NCBI GenBank assembly: GCA_965219415.1
Contig: CBDCNP010000002.1
Span: 512,001 to 576,000, forward strand
Source: Candidatus Marinacidobacterales bacterium
Lineage (GTDB): Bacteria; Acidobacteriota; Vicinamibacteria; Marinacidobacterales; DATDRI01
Length of the DNA: 64,000 nt
Reading direction: 5' to 3'
The notes beneath the pieces are model-generated. The model was not told the DNA's origin. It ran no database searches and saw nothing but the letters and a program-made list of their open reading frames with translations. A program made the translations under genes and the position numbers. Shown here piece after piece: positions 30,781-40,176 of the stretch. The stretch's first letter is position 1. The number at the start of each line of letters is the position of its first letter.

Positions 30781-32180
30781 GAGTTATAACCAGAAGTTGT
30801 GGATCGCCTGAATGAGAAAGGCGGCGTATCCTTCCATGTAAGACAAAGGCCAAACCGGTTTTAGCGAACCGGAGGAAGGAAACGCCACCGATGCTGAGGA
30901 TACAAGATCCACCGAAGGAAACGAAACATGAGGAAGTCGGGACTGCGCTCGATGAGCTGGCTCGTGAGGGGGCGCGTCGAATGTTGATGACGGCGCTGGA
31001 GGAGGAAGTCGGAGACTACATCGAAAGCCACTCTCCGGAACGAGACGAGAACGGACACGCGAGCGTAGTCCGCAACGGTCGAGCTCGAGCCCGCAAAGTG
31101 ACGATGGGCTGCGGAACGATGGAAGTCGAGGCGCCGCGAGTCAACGACAAGCGGGTGATCGATGGAGAACGTCAGCGCTTCACGAGCAGCATCTTACCTC
31201 CGTATATGCGTCGCTCCCCGAAGGTGAGTGAGGTTTTGCCGTTGCTGTACTTGCGCGGATTGTCGACGAACGATTTCGGGCCTGCGCTGAAGGAGCTGCT
31301 GGGCGAGGAGGCTTCGGGGCTTTCGTCGACGGCGATCACGAGGCTGACGGCGAAATGGCAGTCGGAGTACGAAGAGTTTCGGAAACGAGACTTGAGCCGC
31401 GAGGATTACGCGTACATCTGGGTCGACGGCGTTCACTTCAATGTTCGTCTCGAAGACGACAGGCTTTGCACCCTTGTCGTTCTTGGTGTTCGGGCGGATG
31501 GGACGAAGGAGCTGCTCGCGGTGGAGGACGGTTATCGAGAGAGCGAGGAGAGCTGGGCGTACGTGCTGAGGGAACTAGATCGCCGCGGGATGAAACCTCC
31601 TCTTCTCGCCATCGGAGACGGCGCCTTGGGATTCTGGGCTGCGGTTCGAAACGTATGGCCGGAAACCCGTCACCAGTTGTGCTGCGTTCACAAGACAAAA
31701 AACGTCCTCGACAAGCTACCGAGGCGTCTTCATGGCCGTGTGAAGAGCGCCCTGAACGAGATCGTCAAGGCTGAGACCAGGGAGCAGGCGGAAGAAGCTC
31801 TTGAGCGGTTCGAATCGGACTACGGGGCCAAGTACCCCAAGGCTGTCGCATCCCTGACCAAGCACCAGGACAAACTCCTGACGTTCTACGATTTCCCCGC
31901 CGAGCACTGGGAGCACATCCGAACCGCCAACCCCATCGAGTCGGCGTTCGCCACGGTGCGACTCCGGCAGAGAGTTACCAAGGGAGCAGGCTCCCGTTCG
32001 AAAACCCTCCTCATGGCCTACAAGTTACTCGACATGGCGAGCCAACGATGGCGCCGGGTGAACGCCCCCGCACTTGTCGCTCGGATACTTGAGGGAGAGA
32101 AGTTCGTCGACGGATTAAACGAAGAAGCGAGGAACGCCGCTTGACTCAGAAAGTTGATCCACAACTCTTGACAATATCTC
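30781..32180 (+). mobile_element. IS256-family insertion sequence (1400 bp) with 9-bp target duplication CTGGGTATC
   Basis: Imperfect terminal IRs GAGTTATAACCAGAAGTTGTGGATC and (rc) GAGATATTGTCAAGAGTTGTGGATC. CTGGGTATC occurs at 30772-30780 and 32181-32189. Confidence 0.93.
30891..32144 (+). CDS. IS256-family (Mutator-type) DDE transposase
   Basis: 'LYLRGLST.DF', WVDG, GDGALG, 'C.VHK..N' and 'RTANPIESAF' motifs; intact 417 aa. Confidence 0.95.
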   Translation: MLRIQDPPKETKHEEVGTALDELAREGARRMLMTALEEEVGDYIESHSPERDENGHASVVRNGRARARKVTMGCGTMEVEAPRVNDKRVIDGERQRFTSSILPPYMRRSPKVSEVLPLLYLRGLSTNDFGPALKELLGEEASGLSSTAITRLTAKWQSEYEEFRKRDLSREDYAYIWVDGVHFNVRLEDDRLCTLVVLGVRADGTKELLAVEDGYRESEESWAYVLRELDRRGMKPPLLAIGDGALGFWAAVRNVWPETRHQLCCVHKTKNVLDKLPRRLHGRVKSALNEIVKAETREQAEEALERFESDYGAKYPKAVASLTKHQDKLLTFYDFPAEHWEHIRTANPIESAFATVRLRQRVTKGAGSRSKTLLMAYKLLDMASQRWRRVNAPALVARILEGEKFVDGLNEEARNAA

Positions 32181-32468
32181 CTGGGTATCCCAGGCGCGAG
32201 TCTCACGATTGACGATCTCTTCAATCTCGCTTCTGGTATTCATGCCTTTCTTCTCTCCACAGAAGGTGGCTTCGCAGACCGCCTAGGCGTGATTGGTTTC
32301 CCCACTTGCGGCGTATAAGCCTAGCAAGGTGAAGGACCTGGCAGCTCTCGAAAACCGGTGGTTGAGCGGCGGCGCTTGTCGGGAAACAATCCGAGTCGAC
32401 CTGGATCACGTGATCCAACGGAGCTGCCGCCGACAACGGACCGACTCGCGCCCGATAGCCAAACTGAA

Positions 32469-32530
32469 TTCCTAATGTTTTAGTTGACACCAAGTCACCA
32501 TCTAGGTATACTCTACTATGAAATTAGGAG
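32469..32530 (+). promoter_or_regulatory. Sigma70 promoter flanked by two BlaI-type operator-like boxes
   Basis: TTGACA(32484)-17 nt-TATACT(32507). The boxes CCTAATGTTTTAGT and ACTATGAAATTAGG flank it and are imperfect inverted copies. Confidence 0.7.
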
Positions 32531-32546
32531 ATGGTTAACAATTCTC

Positions 32547-32936
32547 ATGGCCAGAAAGAAAGCCAGCGGACAGCTCACCCCCCTGGAGTTAGAGCTGATG
32601 AAAGTGCTTTGGGAGCTGGGCCCGGCAAACGTTCAGTCCGTCCAGAGCGCTCTGGCTCCGAAAAGGAAGCTCGCATACACCACCGTGCAGACGGTGCTGA
32701 ACGTGATGCACCGCAAGCGGAAGGTCAAACGGATTCTCCAGAACAGGGCGTACTTTTACTCCCCAGCCGTTAGCCGCCGCGAGGAAACGAAGTTGGTGCT
32801 CGACGACATGATCGATCGACTCTTCAGCGGCTCCGCCGAAAGCCTTGTCCTGAGCCTCGTTGAGGATCGGCGCCTGTCCCGCAAGGAGTTAGATCGACTC
32901 AACCGAATCGTTGACTCCTCGGAAAGTAAGTCGTGA
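32547..32936 (+). CDS. BlaI/MecI/CopY family transcriptional repressor
   Basis: 'LTPLELELMKVLW', 'LAYTTVQTVL' and 'FSGS..SLV..LV' motifs. Confidence 0.92.
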   Translation: MARKKASGQLTPLELELMKVLWELGPANVQSVQSALAPKRKLAYTTVQTVLNVMHRKRKVKRILQNRAYFYSPAVSRREETKLVLDDMIDRLFSGSAESLVLSLVEDRRLSRKELDRLNRIVDSSESKS

Positions 32937-33270
32937 ACACGGTTGGGTCGCTGCTCGTCCTGTTCTTGCTGAACGCGATGTGGCAGATTCCGCTCGTGGC
33001 GGCTGCAGCTTTGGCTTGCACCCGCGTAGCGAAACGCATGCCTTCTCGCCACCAATACAAAGAACACCGCGTGGCTCGACAGCCATGATTGTCGGACCGG
33101 ACGGCAAGACTTACTTCGCCAGAGTCGGCCAGCTTTTCTACGACGGGACCCTTATAGCCATGGACAACGGCACGCTCACCTTTCGAATAGCGGACAAGAA
33201 TCCTTTTTCTGCTACGACCGTCCGGGAAGTTACACTAGCCATGCACCCCATGGCCAGCGATGCCAAGTGA
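32933..33270 (+). pseudogene. Remnant of a BlaR1/M56 gene: N-terminal TM joined out of frame to a PilP-like C-terminal domain
   Basis: GTG overlaps the blaI stop and reads MNTVGSLLVLFLLNAMWQIPLVA..., then switches near 33055 to 'AMIVGPDGKTYFARVGQLFYDG'. No HEXXH domain remains. Confidence 0.55.
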
Positions 33271-33358
33271 GATGCAGACGGGGATTAGCTCTCCGAGCAT
33301 GGCAAAGTAGCTGCAGGCGTCCGTGCCGCGGCCGCCGACTCCCTTTCGGAGTGGCGCC

Positions 33359-35272
33359 CTACTCCTTGAGCTTCTCTTCGAGAAGCTCGCCCGCGATATC
33401 CATGAAGTCCCGCTCGGTGACAATTCCAACCAGTCGACCATCCTTCACCACCGGTAGGGAGCCGATCCGGTGACTTCGCATGAGCTCGAGTGCCTCCAGA
33501 CTCGAAGTCTCCGGCGAGACGGTAACCGGGTCTTTCTTCATGATGTCCCCCACCGGGACAGGCTGCCCGCCGGTCTCGGCACGCCCTTGGGCCAATAGAT
33601 GGATGAGCGCACGATAGGAAATCAACCCCACCAACCGACTGTCATGGTCTTCCACCGGCACGTGGCGGATCCTCTCCCAGTCCATCAAGCTCGCGACCAG
33701 GTCGATGGGTTCGTCCTCGTGAACCGTAAAGAGGTCGGTGGTCATGAACTGCTCGACCTTCACGTAGTGCTGCTTCCAGCCACCCGCCTCTTCGAGCCGT
33801 GCCAGTTCCCACTTCGCGATCGGCTTCCCTTCTTTCTGACGCTCGACGGTTGCCGCGGTCAAGGCGCTCAACCTCTCTCCAGGTGTGCCGTGTTCCTTCA
33901 TTGCGGCGAGCGAAGACAAGATCCACTGTGATCCTGTCATTTTCGACTCCACTCTCTCTGCAACCACGCCGAGGTATCGATCGATATCGGCCTCAGCGAT
34001 ACTCCGCCGACCGAGGCCCTTCCGCGCCAAGGGCAGCAGCGTCTCCAGAATGAGCTCACCTGCCGGGCCGGTTTTTCCCTCCAACCAAGTCAGCTCGGCA
34101 CTAAGCCCTTGCCGGCTGGCGGCCATGAAGTTCGCGGCGGCGTCTTCGAACTCCATGACTCGCGTGATGTCTTCGTACTCCATAGAGAGGCCGCTGATCA
34201 GCCCGAACCAAAGCGCCGCATTGGCCACTTCGTCGAGCGGCGTCGGCCCCGATGGCAGGACACGGTTCTCGATCCGGAGATGTGGCTTGCCATCCGTTAT
34301 CCCGTAGCAGGCGCGGTTCCATCGATAGACCGTCCCGTTGTGCAGGCGGAGGGCCTTGAGCTCGGGGGCCTCACCCTTCTCGAGCTTGGCGAAGGGATCC
34401 TCGTCCAACTCCGTTCCCAGAATGATCTTGAACCGGGCGATGTCCTCCTTGAAAAGCTCTGCGGCGGAGCTCTTGACCCAGCTCCGGCCGAAGCTGACAC
34501 GAGGGCTACGGTCGCGCAAATGGTGGCTGGAGCTTCGCGTATCTACGGCTTGCTGGAAGAGTGCGATCCTGGTCTCGCGCCAAAGACGGCGCCCGAAGAG
34601 CAACGGTGAATTCGTAGCCGCCGCGATGACCGGAGCTGCGACCGCCTGCGCGACGTTGTACAGATTCGCGAACTCGTCTATGCCGGATTGAAAGTGAACC
34701 TGGAAGCTCGTGTTGCAGGCCTCCAGCATCACCGAATCGTGCTTGATCAGGACCTCGTCCACCCCCTTGATGCGGAACTCGTAGGCGCCACCTCGTAGCC
34801 GACTCAGAGCTCGATTGAGCGCGAAATAGCGCGGCAGCGGCGTCATGTTTTCGAGTCCCAAGTCAGATTTGCGGAGAGTTGGGAGAATGCCGGTCAAAAC
34901 GATTTCCCCGCCGCAGCGATGAGCCGCCTCCCGAGCCCTGTTGAGCATCTCGTTCAGCTGTGATTCGAGTCGCGAGAGGCAATCACCGCCGAAATCCAGT
35001 GGATCGAGATTCACTTCGAGATTGAACTTACCGAGCTCGGTCGTGAAATGGGAATCGTTGATTTCGTCGAGCACCTCGAGCGCCAAACCGGCGGGGCGCC
35101 AGCCATCGTCGACCAAGAAAAGCTCCTGTTCGGCTCCGATGCGCCGCACGTCAGACTCGATCATGCCCTCCTCGACCATGGTCTCGAACGCCCGCAGATC
35201 GTTCAGCAGGCTCCTCATAAAGAGCCGGAGCTGTTCACCGGAGATGTCGGGTTGGACTTGCTGCTCGCCCAT
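33359..35272 (-). CDS. Glutamate--cysteine ligase family 2 protein fused to tandem CBS domains
   Basis: 'IGAEQE', 'TELGKFNLE', 'SFQVH', 'HNGTVYRWNR' and 'LRIENR' motifs, then two CBS repeats. Confidence 0.88.
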   Translation of the reverse strand: MGEQQVQPDISGEQLRLFMRSLLNDLRAFETMVEEGMIESDVRRIGAEQELFLVDDGWRPAGLALEVLDEINDSHFTTELGKFNLEVNLDPLDFGGDCLSRLESQLNEMLNRAREAAHRCGGEIVLTGILPTLRKSDLGLENMTPLPRYFALNRALSRLRGGAYEFRIKGVDEVLIKHDSVMLEACNTSFQVHFQSGIDEFANLYNVAQAVAAPVIAAATNSPLLFGRRLWRETRIALFQQAVDTRSSSHHLRDRSPRVSFGRSWVKSSAAELFKEDIARFKIILGTELDEDPFAKLEKGEAPELKALRLHNGTVYRWNRACYGITDGKPHLRIENRVLPSGPTPLDEVANAALWFGLISGLSMEYEDITRVMEFEDAAANFMAASRQGLSAELTWLEGKTGPAGELILETLLPLARKGLGRRSIAEADIDRYLGVVAERVESKMTGSQWILSSLAAMKEHGTPGERLSALTAATVERQKEGKPIAKWELARLEEAGGWKQHYVKVEQFMTTDLFTVHEDEPIDLVASLMDWERIRHVPVEDHDSRLVGLISYRALIHLLAQGRAETGGQPVPVGDIMKKDPVTVSPETSSLEALELMRSHRIGSLPVVKDGRLVGIVTERDFMDIAGELLEEKLKE

Positions 35273-35345
35273 GGAATCCCCCTTCGCTCAGGATTCTATG
35301 GGCAGTGAGGGATCGGAATCAAAGGGTCGCTAGTGTCACTGAGCT

Positions 35346-36620
35346 TTACGAACTGCCCGCCGCGAGGGGTAAGCGAAGCGTCGCAACACAGCCAGCCTCC
35401 GAGTCTCGGTTCTCGAGTGTGAGATTTCCGCCATGTGCTTCCGCGATCTGACGGCTGAGCACGAGACCGATGCCCGGGCCCTCTGCCTTGGTGGTAAAGA
35501 AAGGTACGAAGAGGTTCGACGTGTTGGAGAACCCGGGACCATCGTCTTCCACCCAGACCTCGAGGCTTTCTCCTTCCGCCCTCCAGCCCACCCGTACTCC
35601 ACCTTCGGTTTCTTGGGATGCGTCTACGGCGTTGTGGATCAAGTTGATGAGAAGCTGTTCGAGTTGGGAGGCATCGGCTTGGATGACGAGAGCCGGCCCC
35701 GAAGACACGCTCACTGGGAGCCGGGTCTCCAAAGTGGCCACACGCTGCACCCAAGTCCCGACGTCCAAGGGTTCGAAGGACGGATGAGGGAGTCGCGCCA
35801 GTCGCGCGTAGGCTCCCATGAACCGGCTTAGCGACTCGGATCGCTCGGCGATCACGTCCAGGACTCTTTTGGCATCTCCTTCCAGTCCGGGCGGCGTGGG
35901 CTCACGCTCGAGCAAATGGGCGAGCGTGGCGGCCATGGATTTGATCGGAGTCAGAGAATTGTTCAGCTCGTGACCGATAACCCGAATCAGGCGCTGCCAG
36001 GCTTGGCGTTCCTCTTCTCGAAGCGCCTGGCTGAGATCCGATAGCACCACCATCTGGTGAGGAAGTCCGCTCTCCCGAAAGCTGCTGCGTCGAAGCCCCC
36101 AGCGACCCGATTTACCGGGGAATGTCTTTTGTATGGTCTGCGCCGCCTCTCCTTCCAAACAATCGGATAGGCCAAGCTCTAGAGCGGTTCTTCTCAGCAG
36201 GCGCTCCGCGGATCTGGCGAGAAGCCGCTCGCCGGCGCGGTTCACCAAACTCAAGCGGTGATGTTCACCGAACGTAAAGACGGCGACCTTCGATCTCCTC
36301 CATGACCTTTCGAAGCAGCGTCGTCGCCTCGAGCGCTCCGAGACGCTGGCTGCGAAGTGTCTCCCCGAGCGCGTTGGCCTCCAACATGACTTGCCCCAGC
36401 GCCTCCTCCCGACTCGCACCGCGAGCTCGAATGGAGTAGTCCCCTTCCCGAAGCGCTGCAAGGAGATTGGACAGTGTCTGCAAAGGCAGCACAACCCGCT
36501 CCCGAAGGGCGAAACAAAACCCGAGCCAGAACCCAAGGATCAAAACGGAGAGGGTCCATTGCACCTTGGGCGTGTAGTCACCCCCCCACAACATGATCAT
36601 CGATATCAAGACCGCCGGGG
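35346..36620 (-). pseudogene. NtrY-like sensor histidine kinase, N-terminus missing, frameshift near 36290
   Basis: 'LIRVIGHELNNSL', 'LINLIHNA', 'DDGPG' and 'FFTTK' motifs; TM/HAMP part lies in ORF 36265..36747. Confidence 0.8.
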
Positions 36621-37685
36621 TGCTTTCCGCCTGTCCATAAGCCGGACGGCCTACATAAAGAATGTCGACCAGTCGCTCTAGCTCCACCGTCCCATCGACG
36701 CTCAGGTCGGGCCGCGCACCCTTCGGTAGCGGACCAATGAGCGCCACATCGACCTGAACGGTTCCCTCCTGGACGGCCGGATCGACGCGGATGACTTCTC
36801 CCTCGATCAGTCCGTTTCGGGTATCGATGGTCGCCTTTGTCCGACCTCGACGTCCTTAGCTTGCGTCTCCGCGATACGAAGCTCAGCCTTGAGCTTGTCG
36901 GGCTGAGCGACCTTGGCCAGAATCGTTCCGGGAGTCACTTGCTGTCCTTCCTCTACCGGTACTTGCTGCAGCACCCCGTCGATTCCCGCACGCACCTTCA
37001 GAGCGCGGACCTGTTCATGGCGAAGCTCGGCCAGAGCGCGGAACTGGTCGACCCTGGCGCGTCGGGCCGCCAACTGCGCGTCGCCCGACTCGCTCGCAAT
37101 CTCGAGCCTTTTCTGTTCGAGCTCGTGCCGGGTGGCGAGCTCTTTCGCACGCACCGCGGACAACTGAACGATGAGATCCCCGATCAACCCCTCCTCATGC
37201 AGCTTCTTGTCGGCTTCCGCTTGGAGCTTGGCTTGGTTGAATTCCGCCAGGACGTTGGCGGCGTCGGCTTGCTGATTCAAGAATTGACTCTGTAGCTGCA
37301 CCTTGAGATCTACGAACTCGGCCTCGGCGGCGCGCAGTTGATATTCCGAATCGAGCGCCGCTTGCTCCAACTCGGGATTACTCATTTCGAGCAGAATGGT
37401 ATCGGCCTCGACTTTGATGCCAGGTAGCATGCGGCGTTCGATCCGCCCGTCGGTCCGCGCCGAGATCCATCGAATCTCCTCCGGTACCAACGTGCCCGGT
37501 CCACGGACTTGCCGGAGCATCGAGCCCCGTTTCACGGTGTCCATGTAGACGGTCGCACGATTGACGCTGGGCGCCGCAGGCTCGAGCCGCGAAAGGGCGA
37601 CCGTGATCACCAGCAACCCGGCGCCTGTACAGATGATGCGGCGGGCCTTTTTCTTCTTGGCGACGTCTGGTCGCGGTATATCCAT
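36620..37685 (-). pseudogene. HlyD/RND periplasmic adaptor of an ABC efflux operon, frameshift near 36835, C-terminus missing
   Basis: 'MDIPRP', 'VRGPGTLVPEEIRWI', long coiled coil and 'RPDLSVDGTVELERL...VGRP'. Confidence 0.82.
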
Positions 37686-37711
37686 TAATGTGCCTCCACA
37701 CCCTTATATGC

Positions 37712-37837
37712 GCAAATGGTGTGCCATTTGTTCCCTTTTTTTATCGTTCTGAAAATAAAGGACTTATTCATCGAAAACGCACAGAGCTGTATCCGCAAGT
37801 GTCCGCTTTCGGGACCGATTTTGCCCGGGAGCGGACA
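37712..37837 (-). promoter_or_regulatory. Sigma54 promoter with upstream enhancer-like palindromes
   Basis: Minus strand TGGCAC-ACCAT-TTGC (37726-37712), then an AT-rich spacer. Two imperfect TGTCCG-N4-CGGACA boxes lie at 37800-37815 and 37822-37837. Confidence 0.75.
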
Positions 37838-37951
37838 TTCTACAACGACTCCCTCTCCCTCCGCCTTCGCGTGAAGCTTCGGCGGACCCGGCCGAAGTCA
37901 TCGGAACGGAGGCAGACGGAGGCGGGCAGGGAGAAGGGGTCTGCTGCATTC

Positions 37952-39688
37952 TCAGTCAGAAGTCTTGGACTGGGCTCCGGCCGCGATTTGGTAAAGAAGC
38001 TCCTCCCGCACCAGCGCGAAGGGCAACGTCCCAATCTTGAGAACCCGATCGTGAAAATCCTTCAAGGTCCCCTTGCGGCCCATGAGGTACATTTGCGCGA
38101 AGTACTCGTCGCGCAGCTGCATGAGCTGGTGGTATCCCCACGTCGCGATGCCGGTTCGAGCGTAGCCGTGTGTGGCTCCTTGAACCTGCAGGAAGGAGTA
38201 CGGCTCGGCGAACATCACGTCGCTGGTCATCAAGTTGACTCCCTCCTCCACGCTCACGTACCCCAGGTGCATCCCGGCGTCATAGATGACGCGCGCGTAG
38301 CGCCATAGCTTGAGCCGTTCCATTTCGACACGGTACTCGTCGTGTTTGTCGGGTGGATAGAACCCGTAGTCCGGCGTCAACACCCACTCCACGTAGTAGC
38401 ACCAAGCCTGATTGCTATACGCGCTCTCATAGGTTCGAAGCCTGCGCGGGTTGTGATTGTTGTACAACGCCACCAGCCCGTGACCAGGATAGACTTCGTG
38501 CGGCATCAGGGCGGTGATGAAGGCATAATTATGGGACCTCAAAAATCTTTCTTTCTCCTCGGGGCTCCACCGCGGATCCATCGGCGCTAACATGACCGCC
38601 CCGGGGAACTTCGAGCCGGCCGCACGTGGCGCACCGCCGAACCCCGTGAACGTCAGCTTGTTGTAGTACGCCGGCGAATAGATGGCTCCCGCCGCGTTCT
38701 CGGTGTCCCACGGCATGGACATCAGAACGTTCTCGATGAGCCACGGACGATCCCGTCGAACCTGGACGAGGAAATCATTGAGCATCGATTCCTCGGTGGG
38801 GTGGTCACTTTGTAGATCGGTCTCGATCTGACGCCAGCTTCGCCCGCCCGCGACCTTGGCAGCGGTCTGGTCCAGGACACGAAGCTGTTCCTCGAATTGA
38901 CTCCGTCCCCATTGGTAAAAGGACTCCGCGTCTAGATCCGCGACGTGGTAGAAGTCGCGTAGGCGCGCATCGAATATTTCTTGTCCGACTCTCCATTCAC
39001 CTTCTGGTTTCTGCGGCAGATCGGAATCCAAGAAATCCCCGAAGCCACGGAGCGCGGCCAACACTTTCTCGTTCTCCACCAGCAATTCCACGCGTTGGTC
39101 CGGCACCCGATCCGCGAATCGAGGGACATCAACCTCGAAGGTCTCGATGGCACCCTCCAGCAATCCCTTGGCCGGATCGAGCCACAGCGGAATGAAGACT
39201 TTCAAATTGATCTTGGCGTTTTCGAGCCGTGCGGGAATGGTCTTCATGACGGCAAGAACGGTGGCGGCCCGATCTGTCACCGGGCGGTTCTCGAGATAGA
39301 GGAGGCCGCCTCGAGCGGAGACGATGGGCTCGATCCGCAAATAGAGGGTGGGATCCTTTTCCCAATACTTGACCTTCTCCCCATCCATGACCTTGGTTTT
39401 CAAGATCCCCTCTAGATAGCGGTAGTCGATGTCCTGCTGGAAGCTCAGTGCCTCACGATCGGTCGCGTGAAGCTCATCGAGAAGTCCGCGCGCCGTGTCG
39501 AGCCGGTTTTGGTAGTACGCCGCGCTACCATCGTTCACAGCGGTTGTCCCAGTACCGACGTCGTGGAATTCGGCCAGGTACTCGTCGATGAGTGATTCGA
39601 AGGCCGGGTCCAACTTCTGTGATGAAGCGATGAATGGGCTGCCGGCAAGCAACCCCAACACCAACACGAACAGCCCTGTGAGTCTCAT
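37952..39688 (-). CDS. DUF885 family secreted protein (putative metallopeptidase)
   Basis: Signal peptide from MRLTG; 'HEVYPGH', 'AW..Y.E' and 'LKDFHDRVLKIG..P' motifs. Confidence 0.82.
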   Translation of the reverse strand: MRLTGLFVLVLGLLAGSPFIASSQKLDPAFESLIDEYLAEFHDVGTGTTAVNDGSAAYYQNRLDTARGLLDELHATDREALSFQQDIDYRYLEGILKTKVMDGEKVKYWEKDPTLYLRIEPIVSARGGLLYLENRPVTDRAATVLAVMKTIPARLENAKINLKVFIPLWLDPAKGLLEGAIETFEVDVPRFADRVPDQRVELLVENEKVLAALRGFGDFLDSDLPQKPEGEWRVGQEIFDARLRDFYHVADLDAESFYQWGRSQFEEQLRVLDQTAAKVAGGRSWRQIETDLQSDHPTEESMLNDFLVQVRRDRPWLIENVLMSMPWDTENAAGAIYSPAYYNKLTFTGFGGAPRAAGSKFPGAVMLAPMDPRWSPEEKERFLRSHNYAFITALMPHEVYPGHGLVALYNNHNPRRLRTYESAYSNQAWCYYVEWVLTPDYGFYPPDKHDEYRVEMERLKLWRYARVIYDAGMHLGYVSVEEGVNLMTSDVMFAEPYSFLQVQGATHGYARTGIATWGYHQLMQLRDEYFAQMYLMGRKGTLKDFHDRVLKIGTLPFALVREELLYQIAAGAQSKTSD

Positions 39689-39705
39689 AGTGGCTCCCAC
39701 GCGGT

Positions 39706-40140
39706 CTAGGCCGCGCTGACCCTCGTCTCCAATTTGACTGGCGTCTTCATGGATTTGGATATCAGACAATTCTGCTCGGCCTTGTGGAGCAGCCGTTCGG
39801 CCCTTTCGGTATCGGACGCCTTGACCACAGTCAAATCCACTTCTATCACGATGCCCGTGAAAATCCACCCCTGCCCCTCAAGCCGCTCGACGGTTCCCTT
39901 CGCCGTCGAGCGCCAGCCAGAAACCTCCAGTTGGGATATACGCGCCATGGCTACAAAGGTCCACAAAATACAGGTATTCGCCGACGAGAGGAACTGGTGC
40001 TCGGGACTCCAGTTGCCACCAGGTCCTCCGAACTCTAGCGGCGGAGCCGTCGTCAGGGTCGGCAGCCCCGGGGATTCGGCCCGACCGCCCTGTGCATCAG
40101 TCCAGCTAGCCGAGGTGTGATACTCGTGCCTTTTCTGCAT
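39706..40140 (-). CDS. OsmC/Ohr family protein
   Basis: 'PLEFGGPGGNWSPE....S..TC' and 'AEQNCLISKS' two-Cys pattern. Confidence 0.88.
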   Translation of the reverse strand: MQKRHEYHTSASWTDAQGGRAESPGLPTLTTAPPLEFGGPGGNWSPEHQFLSSANTCILWTFVAMARISQLEVSGWRSTAKGTVERLEGQGWIFTGIVIEVDLTVVKASDTERAERLLHKAEQNCLISKSMKTPVKLETRVSAA

Positions 40141-40176
40141 CTTAGGAACTCCGGAGTGGGTGCTGGCTTACGTTGC

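Larger units (their letters stand above)
30397..32243 (-). pseudogene. NTF2/SnoaL-like gene interrupted by IS256
   Basis: ATG at 32243: MNTRSEIEEIVNRETRAWDTQ joins in frame to DVDLLLSVFHPDMVWPWPP... once the IS and one TSD copy are removed. Confidence 0.85.
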
